Part shown: piece by piece, positions 7,967-15,157 of the stretch
How the letters are laid out: the number at the start of each line of letters is the position of its first letter
How positions within the stretch are numbered: the first letter of the stretch is position 1
Assembly (NCBI RefSeq): GCF_000015805.1
Contig: NC_009073.1
Span: 480,001-512,000 of the forward strand
Length of the DNA stretch: 32,000 bases
Direction: 5' to 3'
Source: Pyrobaculum calidifontis JCM 11548
GTDB taxonomy: Archaea; Thermoproteota; Thermoprotei; Thermoproteales; Thermoproteaceae
The notes under the pieces: model-generated
Told to the model about the DNA's origin: nothing
Database searches by the model: none
The model's input: the letters and a program-made list of their open reading frames with translations, nothing else
Program-made: the position numbers and the translations under genes

Positions 7967-8018
7967 GCGTGATGAGGGCTGGGTTGCAGACGCGTGACGA
8001 CTTAGGAGCCAACTGAGC
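7967..8018 (+). ncRNA. Box C/D sRNA candidate
   Basis: GC-GTGATGA (C, 7969-7975), GGGCTGGGTTG (11 nt), CAGA (D', 7987-7990), CGC loop, GTGACGA (C', 7994-8000), CTTAGGAGCCAA (12 nt), CTGA (D, 8013-8016), GC. The terminal GC/GC can pair. TATA-like CTTTTAAA (7942-7949) is ~22 nt upstream. The sRNA ends 4 nt before the stop of the opposite-strand SDR gene. Confidence 0.7.
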
Positions 8019-8021
8019 AAT

Positions 8022-8729
8022 TTACGTCCGCGACCGCGTTGGCCTGTATAGGCCTACCAAGGTCTCTCCCCCATCTACGACTATTACCTGCCCCGTGACG
8101 TATGAAGACGCGGGGCTGAGCAGCCAGTAGATGGCCTCTGCGGCCTCGGCGGGCGTGCCCATGCGGCGTAGTAGCGTGCGGCTTTTGAATTCTTCGACCT
8201 CCTCTGCGGCGATCCACTGAGTCCAACGCGTCTCAATTGGGCCAAAGGCAACAGCGTTTACTCTGACGGGGGCTAGAATTTTCGCCAAGCTTTTCACCAA
8301 TGCCACTATGGCGCCTTTTGCGGCGGCGTACGGAAGCCCGTACACGTCCCCCACTAGGCCCGGCGTTGAGGAGACGAAGACGAGGGAGGAGGTGGGCTTT
8401 AGGTTTTTTCTAAACGCCTTGACGACGTTGAACGCGCCTGCCACGTCCACTTTGTACACCTCCACGAAGTCGTCTGCCGTCAGCTCCTCTAGGCCTTTAT
8501 TCCACAGCGCGGCATCGCCGTGGCCATGGAGGGCCGCTATGCCGTCTAGCTGGCCGACCTCCGCCGCGGCGCGGCTTAGGCAAGAGACCTCTAACACATC
8601 GCATTGGTATGTGACATGAGCAGTGGAGGGTGTCCTCGACACTCCAACCACGTAGTCGCCTCTCGACTTGGCCAACTGTACGAGGGCTGAGCCTATGCCT
8701 CCGTTGGCGCCTGTGACGAGTATCTTCAT
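8022..8729 (-). CDS. Short-chain dehydrogenase/reductase (SDR)
   Basis: 235 aa. TGANGGIGSAL cofactor motif and catalytic YAAAK. Its ATG overlaps the folE stop (ATGA at 8726-8729). Confidence 0.85.
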   Translation of the reverse strand: MKILVTGANGGIGSALVQLAKSRGDYVVGVSRTPSTAHVTYQCDVLEVSCLSRAAAEVGQLDGIAALHGHGDAALWNKGLEELTADDFVEVYKVDVAGAFNVVKAFRKNLKPTSSLVFVSSTPGLVGDVYGLPYAAAKGAIVALVKSLAKILAPVRVNAVAFGPIETRWTQWIAAEEVEEFKSRTLLRRMGTPAEAAEAIYWLLSPASSYVTGQVIVVDGGETLVGLYRPTRSRT

Positions 8730-9283
8730 CTACAGTTGAGCGGCCGCTTGCACTTGAGCGCCACCTCTATGTCGCCCCGTTTTGCCTCAGTCACCATGTT
8801 GTGGTGCTCGTCTTTTACCCCCCTTATGAGAGAACACATATGGACGCCGCAGACCTTTACCTTGACCGCCTTTGCTCTGAGCTTCTCCATTAGGAGGTCC
8901 GCCAGCCACTCGGTGAAGCGCTCCTGCATTATTGGCCTAGCAGCGGCCCATTTCACAAGCCTTATCACCTTACTCAACCCGGGCACGCCGTCCCCGGGCA
9001 CGTAGGCCACCGATATCTTGAGGAGTATGGGCAAGAGGTGGTGCTCACATATTGACACTGCGGATATGTTTTCTATCACCACGGGGCCCGGCTCTGCGTC
9101 GTACTCTAGGGGGAAGAAGACCACCTCGGGAGGGGGCTCTCTAAGGCCCCTCGTGAGCTCCTCCATGGCTTTTACAAAGCGCTTGGGGGTATTGGCCACG
9201 CCCGGGCGCCTCAGGTCCTCGCCCAAATGCCTAAGAAGGGCGGCAACGGCGTCCTCAGCCTCGTTTTTCCTCTGCTGAAGCAT
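8726..9283 (-). CDS. folE: GTP cyclohydrolase I (FolE, type IA)
   Basis: Motifs NTPKRFVKAMEELTRG, SICEHHLLP, IMQERFTEW and GVHMCSLIRGV. The track start is 9301, but the minus-strand TATA-like TTTAAAAATAT (9302-9312) is only ~5 nt from it. ATG 9283 (MLQQRK...) is ~26 nt away, so I prefer 9283. Confidence 0.85.
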   Translation of the reverse strand: MLQQRKNEAEDAVAALLRHLGEDLRRPGVANTPKRFVKAMEELTRGLREPPPEVVFFPLEYDAEPGPVVIENISAVSICEHHLLPILLKISVAYVPGDGVPGLSKVIRLVKWAAARPIMQERFTEWLADLLMEKLRAKAVKVKVCGVHMCSLIRGVKDEHHNMVTEAKRGDIEVALKCKRPLNCR

Positions 9284-9325
9284 GCAAAGGCGTCGATTCA
9301 TATTTTTAAACTATTGCCATGTGGT

Positions 9326-10231
9326 TCAACACCTTTTGCATACACGTCTGCCGTGCCAGCGGAAGCACTTCGCGAACGCAGACGCCATGAATATGGCCGC
9401 CTGTAGCGGCCTCTCTACTGGCGACAGGGCTACTTGCCTCCAATCGATCTTCCCCAGCGCTCTACGCGAGCGGAGGGCCGTCCTCGCGGCGTGTATAACA
9501 AGGAGCGCTGGCATATACACAGCCGCTACCGTCCACGCGAGGTAGTAGAGGAGTTCCACGGCCCACAGCAGGGGGTTGCCGAGCTTAGCCGCCGTTGCTT
9601 GCCTCAGCATAAACTCAAGAGCGTCGCCGGCCCTCCTCATGGGCACCAGCACTGGGAGCACCTCAATCCGCCCCGACGCCACGGCGGTGAGGGCCATGTC
9701 GTCTACTGGACAACTCAAAAGCGCCTTTACCGCCGCCTGCTTCGCCCACCTCGGCACAGCCATGGCGCCGCCGTATAGAAACCGCGTCCTGCGCCACGCC
9801 ATCCAGTCGAGGCCTCCCAGCGAGAAAGTGTTTTGGAGCAAGTCGTCTACAATCCAGCGATACGCCGTTGCGAAGCCGCAACAGCCGGCCTCCTTAAGCT
9901 CCTCCAGCCAGACGCCTGGCACGGCGTCATCATCAACGAAGACGTAGGCGTCGGCCTCCACTTCCTCAAGAGCTGTCGCCAAGGCGCCCGACTTGCCCCC
10001 ATACTTGTTCACCAAGTATCTAAAGCCGAGGGCCTCAGCCTGCCTTGCCTCATCTTCGCTGTCCACTACCACGTAGTCCACAAGGCCTGAGAACGCGGCG
10101 AGGCTCTGCGGCCTCTTTGTGGGCACAATCACAACTGCCCTACACCTGCCGCACCTCTTCTTCCTCATCTTGACCTCGGCGGCTAGGTGCGCCAACTCGT
10201 ATATGAAAATCGCGAGCGCGGCCGGTAGCAT
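9326..10231 (-). CDS. Membrane glycosyltransferase (GT2/GT21-like)
   Basis: Cytoplasmic GT-A-like core (VVIVPTKRP...VVVDSEDE...YVFVDDDAV) followed by C-terminal TM helices. The track start is GTG 10243. ATG 10231 (MLPAALAIF...) lies ~24 nt from the palindromic TATA-like GTTTAAAC (10251-10258). Confidence 0.65.
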   Translation of the reverse strand: MLPAALAIFIYELAHLAAEVKMRKKRCGRCRAVVIVPTKRPQSLAAFSGLVDYVVVDSEDEARQAEALGFRYLVNKYGGKSGALATALEEVEADAYVFVDDDAVPGVWLEELKEAGCCGFATAYRWIVDDLLQNTFSLGGLDWMAWRRTRFLYGGAMAVPRWAKQAAVKALLSCPVDDMALTAVASGRIEVLPVLVPMRRAGDALEFMLRQATAAKLGNPLLWAVELLYYLAWTVAAVYMPALLVIHAARTALRSRRALGKIDWRQVALSPVERPLQAAIFMASAFAKCFRWHGRRVCKRC

Positions 10232-10260
10232 AGATAAATACACCTCGTATGTTTAAACCT
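10232..10260. promoter_or_regulatory. Crossed divergent promoters (GT leftwards, nuoD rightwards)
   Basis: GATAAATA (10233-10240) is ~25 nt upstream of ATG 10261 on the plus strand. GTTTAAAC (10251-10258) is ~24 nt upstream of ATG 10231 on the minus strand. Each box therefore sits next to the start codon of the opposite gene. Confidence 0.45.
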
Positions 10261-11466
10261 ATGAAGATGGAGGAGTATGGAATTGTCCTTAAGGAGGAGC
10301 GGCTGGAGGGCGGCCGCAGAGTTCTCGACATTTTTTGGGGGCCGCAACACCCCTCCTCTGGCCACACCCGGTTTATAGTTGAGGTGGATGGAGACATTGT
10401 AGTCAACGTGACCCCAGACCCGGGCTATGTTCACAGGACTATGGAGAAGCTGGGCGAGACTCGTCATTGGATTCAAAACATCCCCCTCTTCGAGCGGCTT
10501 TCTCTCCCAGACGCCATTAACGTGACTTGGGCTTATGCGATGGCCATCGAGCGGCTGGCCGGCCTCGATGTGTCTCCAAGGGCACAGTATCTGAGGGTAA
10601 TTATGGGGGAGCTGAGCCGTATCTCGACTCACTTGTACGACCTAGGCCTCCACGCCATTATGATTGGGTCATCCACGGGCTTTATGTGGGCCTACGGCCT
10701 ACGCGAGCTGTTGGTGCAACTGTGGGCCATGGTCTCGGGCTCGCGCACGACGCCCACGTGGGTTCTGCCCGGCGGCGTGAGGACCGCGCCTCCCGACGCC
10801 TTCTATGAACAGACGCGGGGCTTCCTCCAATACCTTGAGAAAAAGATTGATGAGTTTGTCAGAGTGGTGATTAAGAACCCCGTCGGCTATTACAGGCTTA
10901 AGGACGTCGGCTACTTGAGCAAGGAAGATGCGGCGCGGCTCATGGCCACAGGGCCCGGCGCCAGGGGGTCAGGCATAGATTGGGACGCCAGGAGGGTATA
11001 TAGGTACGGCATATACGACGAGTTTGAGTGGGACGTCTGCGTCGAAGATGGCGGCGACTCGCTGGCCAGAGCTATGGTTAGGATCTGCGAAATTATGCAG
11101 AGCGCACGTATTATTAGACAGGCGCTGGATAGGGCGCCCCGCGACGGGCCTTTGGTGGGCGAATCCGTAGCGCACAGGATACCGCCAAAGCAGAGGGAAA
11201 AGGTCAATGAGCTAGTGCGCCTTCAGGCACTGTTTACAATGATGTTGCCGCAGGGCGAGGGCACTGGCATCACTGAAGGCGGGAGGGGGCGCTACTACTT
11301 CCACGTACTCGGCGACGGATCAGAGAAGCCCTACCGCGTCCGCATAAGCACACCGTCATGGCAGAACTTGAGAGCTATGATAAAGGCCTTCATAGGTGCG
11401 CGGCTCATGGACCTCCCCGCGATATACGGCTCCTTCGGCTACTTCCCCCCAGAGCAAGACAGGTAA
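10261..11466 (+). CDS. nuoD: NADH-quinone oxidoreductase subunit D homologue (49-kDa/Nqo4 family), divergent
   Basis: GPQHPSSGH near the N-terminus, the family-typical central region, and a C-terminal ...FGYFPPEQDR (canonical ...GE(V/I)DR). There are no NiFe-ligand cysteines, so it is not a hydrogenase large subunit. The track start is 10249; ATG 10261 is preferred from TATA spacing. Confidence 0.85.
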   Translation: MKMEEYGIVLKEERLEGGRRVLDIFWGPQHPSSGHTRFIVEVDGDIVVNVTPDPGYVHRTMEKLGETRHWIQNIPLFERLSLPDAINVTWAYAMAIERLAGLDVSPRAQYLRVIMGELSRISTHLYDLGLHAIMIGSSTGFMWAYGLRELLVQLWAMVSGSRTTPTWVLPGGVRTAPPDAFYEQTRGFLQYLEKKIDEFVRVVIKNPVGYYRLKDVGYLSKEDAARLMATGPGARGSGIDWDARRVYRYGIYDEFEWDVCVEDGGDSLARAMVRICEIMQSARIIRQALDRAPRDGPLVGESVAHRIPPKQREKVNELVRLQALFTMMLPQGEGTGITEGGRGRYYFHVLGDGSEKPYRVRISTPSWQNLRAMIKAFIGARLMDLPAIYGSFGYFPPEQDR

Positions 11467-11475
11467 ATTTAATAA
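11464..11475 (+). promoter_or_regulatory. TATA-like box upstream of nuoH
   Basis: TAAATTTAATAA is centred ~25 nt upstream of ATG 11495, inside the 28-nt nuoD-nuoH gap. Confidence 0.4.
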
Positions 11476-11494
11476 TGAAGAATCTGTAGGGACT

Positions 11495-12520
11495 ATGGAC
11501 CTCTGGGGTCTCCTCTTCTCGGCTAGGCTCTGGTTTTTTGTACTGATGCTAGCTGTCTCTGGGATTGTGCTACTAACAGTGGTGTGGTTTGAGAGAAAGG
11601 CAGCGGCCAGGGTGCAGATGAGGGTGGGGCCCTACCACGTATCTCCCTGGCTTGGCGGCTATCTACAGCTTTTGGCAGACGCCTTTAAGTTCATAATTAG
11701 CGAGCCCATTGTGCCAAGGGGCGCGCATAAGTTGCTTTTCACGTGGGGCCCGCCTCTGTTTGTCACTCTTGCATTTGGCGCATCGCTCCTCCTGCCGCTG
11801 ACTCCGGAGCTTAGGCTTATTAAAGACCCCAACCTGTTGCCCTACGGCCTTGTGTTTTCGCTCGTGGTGCTCCTCCTAGTCTCTATCGCCATTGTAATAA
11901 TTGGGTGGTCTGTTAATAACAAGTTTGCATACGTAGGAGCCGCCCGCGAGGCGCTTCTCGTGGCTGCCTACGAGTTGCCGCTAGTGCTCTCCGTCTTGGC
12001 AATGTTCATACTCTACGGAACTCTAGACCCCCTGAAGATTGTGGAAAAGCAGTCCATCCTCGTAGGCGCCGTGCTTAACCCATTTGCCTTTCTAGTCTAC
12101 TTGGTAGCTACCGCCATGGCCACCGCCCGCTTCCCCTTTGAAATCGCGGATTATGAAGGCGACGTGGCCACTGGGCCTTACAGCGACTACGGCGGCGTAT
12201 TTCTAGTGCTCTCCTTCGCAGGCGGCACCTACTATGCGACATTCTCCTACTCCTTCCTCGCCTCTCTGCTCTTCCTCGGGGGGTGGAATCTCCCAGGGTT
12301 TGCCGTGGGGAGCTGGCCCCAGGACATCCTCGGACACTTGGTGCTTGCGGCGTGGGTGATGTTCAAGACGCTGGTCCTTATGCTCTTCTTCGCGTTCCTG
12401 AGGGCCGCCATGCCAGTGTTGCGCCTAGATCACACGCTGGCGCTGGGGTGGAGAGGCCTCTTGATCCTTGGCGTAGCCGCAGTGCTTTGGTCAACCGCGC
12501 TTAAGCTGGCGGGGCTATGA
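11495..12520 (+). CDS. nuoH: NADH-quinone oxidoreductase subunit H
   Basis: Polytopic membrane protein with the NuoH/ND1 N-terminus (…WFERKAAARVQMRVGPYHV…GYLQLLADAFKF). The track start 11396 overlaps nuoD and encodes a non-hydrophobic extension. ATG 11495 (MDLWGLLF...) is preferred. Confidence 0.9.
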   Translation: MDLWGLLFSARLWFFVLMLAVSGIVLLTVVWFERKAAARVQMRVGPYHVSPWLGGYLQLLADAFKFIISEPIVPRGAHKLLFTWGPPLFVTLAFGASLLLPLTPELRLIKDPNLLPYGLVFSLVVLLLVSIAIVIIGWSVNNKFAYVGAAREALLVAAYELPLVLSVLAMFILYGTLDPLKIVEKQSILVGAVLNPFAFLVYLVATAMATARFPFEIADYEGDVATGPYSDYGGVFLVLSFAGGTYYATFSYSFLASLLFLGGWNLPGFAVGSWPQDILGHLVLAAWVMFKTLVLMLFFAFLRAAMPVLRLDHTLALGWRGLLILGVAAVLWSTALKLAGL

Positions 12521-12984
12521 GTGGGACTTCTATAGTAAAGGCAACAGTAGGCGCGCTTAGAGTTGCCGCAAGGAATTTTGTAAAGCCAGAGCGTATAACT
12601 ATATACTACCCATACGAGAAGCTCGACTACGGCAGAATGAGGGGGTGGATCGGATTGTGGACTGAGAAATGTACGTCGTGTATGCTATGTGCAAGGATTT
12701 GTCCCACAAATGCGATAAAGATGTACCTAGCTCCAAACAACAAGCGTTACCCGGGCATTGACTATGGCCGCTGTATAATGTGCCACTTCTGCATAGACAT
12801 ATGCCCCACCGACGCCCTCTACCCCACCGATATTAAAGAGCTGACTTGGTACGACTACCGCGAGATGGTATATACGCCGGACATGGAGAGAGAGCCGCCT
12901 AAGGTACAGGAGCCGTATAAATCCGTAAAAGTTGTGATTAAGTACATAAACGGCGTACCTAAGAAAGTAGTTCAATCGAAATAA
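12517..12984 (+). CDS. nuoI: NADH-quinone oxidoreductase subunit I (2x[4Fe-4S] ferredoxin)
   Basis: Two CxxCxxCxxxCP motifs (CTSCMLCARICP, CIMCHFCIDICP). ATGA overlap with nuoH. Confidence 0.9.
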   Translation: MSGTSIVKATVGALRVAARNFVKPERITIYYPYEKLDYGRMRGWIGLWTEKCTSCMLCARICPTNAIKMYLAPNNKRYPGIDYGRCIMCHFCIDICPTDALYPTDIKELTWYDYREMVYTPDMEREPPKVQEPYKSVKVVIKYINGVPKKVVQSK

Positions 12985-12995
12985 TACTTTAAAAC
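12984..12995 (+). promoter_or_regulatory. TATA-like box upstream of nuoJ
   Basis: ATACTTTAAAAC is centred ~25 nt upstream of ATG 13015, in the 30-nt nuoI-nuoJ gap. Confidence 0.4.
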
Positions 12996-13014
12996 GGCCA
13001 CTTACGATACCATC

Positions 13015-13440
13015 ATGATAGATTTAATACTCCTCTCGGCGGCGTTGTTTTTCGGAATTCTTGCGGTATACTCTAGGGACAACGTGTACTCGGCCTCTAG
13101 CCTGGCCGCTGCGGCGGGGGCCGTCGGCGCATATTACGCATACCTCATGCAGTTCGCCGCGGCATTTCTACTCTTCGTCATATACATAGGCGCAGTGATG
13201 TTGCTTGTGATAATGACCGCCGCAATGTACGGCGGCGTGCAGAGGCAGGGCGGGAAGTACTTCCTTGCCACAACTCTGGTGACGTTGGTAGTCGTGTTGC
13301 TAAGCGTCGTGGTGTGGCTTGGGCCACAGGCAAAGCCTCAGGCCTACTTGCCTGCCGATTTGGCTACTGTGGTGGTGCTGTTGTTTGGGGTTGTTGTAGT
13401 CTCTTTGTTAACTGGCGTAGAGGTGGCTAGGAGGGTATGA
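13015..13440 (+). CDS. nuoJ: NADH-quinone oxidoreductase subunit J
   Basis: 141-aa hydrophobic protein at the expected position before nuoK. Assigned from position and TM pattern. Confidence 0.7.
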   Translation: MIDLILLSAALFFGILAVYSRDNVYSASSLAAAAGAVGAYYAYLMQFAAAFLLFVIYIGAVMLLVIMTAAMYGGVQRQGGKYFLATTLVTLVVVLLSVVVWLGPQAKPQAYLPADLATVVVLLFGVVVVSLLTGVEVARRV

Positions 13441-13730
13441 CCGCGGCGCTGGTGGTGGGTTTCGTGTTAATACTACTCGGCGTTTACGGCATTGCGACTA
13501 CGCGGCACTTGGTGCGCATATTGATATCGCTGGAGCTCGCCACAGTGGGCGCCTTCGCCATGCTGGCGCCAGCGCTTGTAACAAGCCCTGCACTGGCCTT
13601 CTACGGGGTCTTACTCCTCGTGATCATTTCAGTGTCTGAGGCGACTATTCTCGCGGCGTTGATATACAGAAGCTACGTCCTTACCAAGAGCACGGACTTG
13701 TCCGCGCTTTCAGAGGGGAGAGAGGTATGA
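13437..13730 (+). CDS. nuoK: NADH-quinone oxidoreductase subunit K
   Basis: 97 aa, 3 TM, with the conserved membrane glutamates context (ISLELATV..., SVSEATIL). 4-nt overlaps on both sides. Confidence 0.8.
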   Translation: MTAALVVGFVLILLGVYGIATTRHLVRILISLELATVGAFAMLAPALVTSPALAFYGVLLLVIISVSEATILAALIYRSYVLTKSTDLSALSEGREV

Positions 13731-15157
13731 TGATTCTAATCTCAGTCCTATTTCCAATGATCCTTTCCTTTGTCGCATACGCCGCGGCCAAGAGGTCAGC
13801 CTACATGGCCGGCTACATTTCGGCAGCAGCCTTACTGCCTCTACTCGCCCTTTCTGCCTACGTCGTCTTTGGCGGAGTTGACCTTAGCGAGGGAACCTTC
13901 CAAGGATTCGACGTTTTGGCATTTAGAATTATGCCGTTTAACGGCGTTTTTATATTCACAGTGGCGCTTGTGGGGCTCTTTGTTGCCCTCTTCTCCCCGC
14001 CCTATATGGAGCACAGAAGCCACGAGCTGGGGAGAGACTCCGCCGTGTTCTACTTGACCTACGGCTTCTTTGTGGGAGGGCTTGCGGGCGCCTTCGCCGC
14101 CGCCAACTTAGTCGTGGTCTACGTATTCATAGAGGTGGCCTTGATCGCGTCGCTGTTCCAAATTTTGTACTACGGGTACGGAGACCGCGTGAGAATTACG
14201 GTAATGTACTTGGTCTGGTCCCACGTAGGCGCGTTTCTAGTACTGGCCGGGTTCCTACTGCTCTACCTAAAAGGCGTCTACTATGTGCCGCTTTTGATAG
14301 GCGGCAGAGGGACTGGGCCCGACGCCCTGGCCTTTGTGCTCATACTCATAGGGTCTTTAATCAAGATGGCTACTCTGGGCGTCCACATGTGGCTTCCATA
14401 CGTCCACGCAGAGGCGCCTACGCCTCTGTCGGCGCTGCTGAGCCCAGTCCTCGTAGGGATCGGTGGATACTTAATAGCCTCCGTGGCCATGTACGTACTG
14501 CCCAACAGCGAGTGGACTCAGTGGCTCGTCTACTACGCGGTGGCCACCGCCATATACGGGGGCCTAATGGCTTTTCTACAGAGGGACATCAAGAGGCTAT
14601 TTGCCTACTCCACCGTGAGTCAAATGGGCTACCTACTGCTGGGGGTGGCCTTGGCCAACGTATATGGGTACACTGCGGCGGCCTTGTTTTACCTAAGCCA
14701 CGGCTTAGGCAAGGCGGTGCTCTTCATGACCGCCGGCTACTTCATAATGTACTTGGGCACTCGCGACGTGGAGAAAATGGGCGGCCTCTACGGCTGGAGG
14801 CCTGAGCTGGCCGGCGCAGCCATAGTGGGCTTCTTAAACCTCGCTGGGATATTAAGCATAGGCATGATCTCAGAAATTACGCTCACCGTAGGATACGCCC
14901 AATACTTCCAGACCGACTACGCCTTCTACATACCCTATGCGTTGGTGTTACTTGTGACCGGAATCTACGCCTTTAACACAATACGCGTGGTATTCTTTGG
15001 CCCTCCCAAGAGAGAGGACAGAGGACCTGTGGATATAGCGTTGGCGTCCATCGTGGCCGTGGCCTTCATCTCACTGCTCCTCTTCATACCGCCTTTCTCA
15101 AACACCATCGCAGACAACATATATAAGGCCGTCGGTGCGGTGGGGCCATGGAGGTAA
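13727..15157 (+). CDS. nuoM: NADH-quinone oxidoreductase antiporter-like subunit (M-type)
   Basis: 476 aa. The motif HMWLPYVHAEAPTPLSALLSPVLVGIGGY is Mrp/NuoM-like (WLP.AH.EAPT.GS). Confidence 0.75.
   Translation: MMILISVLFPMILSFVAYAAAKRSAYMAGYISAAALLPLLALSAYVVFGGVDLSEGTFQGFDVLAFRIMPFNGVFIFTVALVGLFVALFSPPYMEHRSHELGRDSAVFYLTYGFFVGGLAGAFAAANLVVVYVFIEVALIASLFQILYYGYGDRVRITVMYLVWSHVGAFLVLAGFLLLYLKGVYYVPLLIGGRGTGPDALAFVLILIGSLIKMATLGVHMWLPYVHAEAPTPLSALLSPVLVGIGGYLIASVAMYVLPNSEWTQWLVYYAVATAIYGGLMAFLQRDIKRLFAYSTVSQMGYLLLGVALANVYGYTAAALFYLSHGLGKAVLFMTAGYFIMYLGTRDVEKMGGLYGWRPELAGAAIVGFLNLAGILSIGMISEITLTVGYAQYFQTDYAFYIPYALVLLVTGIYAFNTIRVVFFGPPKREDRGPVDIALASIVAVAFISLLLFIPPFSNTIADNIYKAVGAVGPWR

Noticed and set aside
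11396-11494. N-terminal extension of nuoH overlapping the nuoD 3' end
   Set aside because: The extension is not hydrophobic or NuoH-like. ATG 11495 is preceded by a TATA-like box at the usual distance.
13727-13780. ATGATGA (a perfect C-box sequence) followed by C'-like AATGATCC
   Set aside because: It is the tandem ATG start of nuoM. There are no D' or D boxes (CTGA) at the required spacings.
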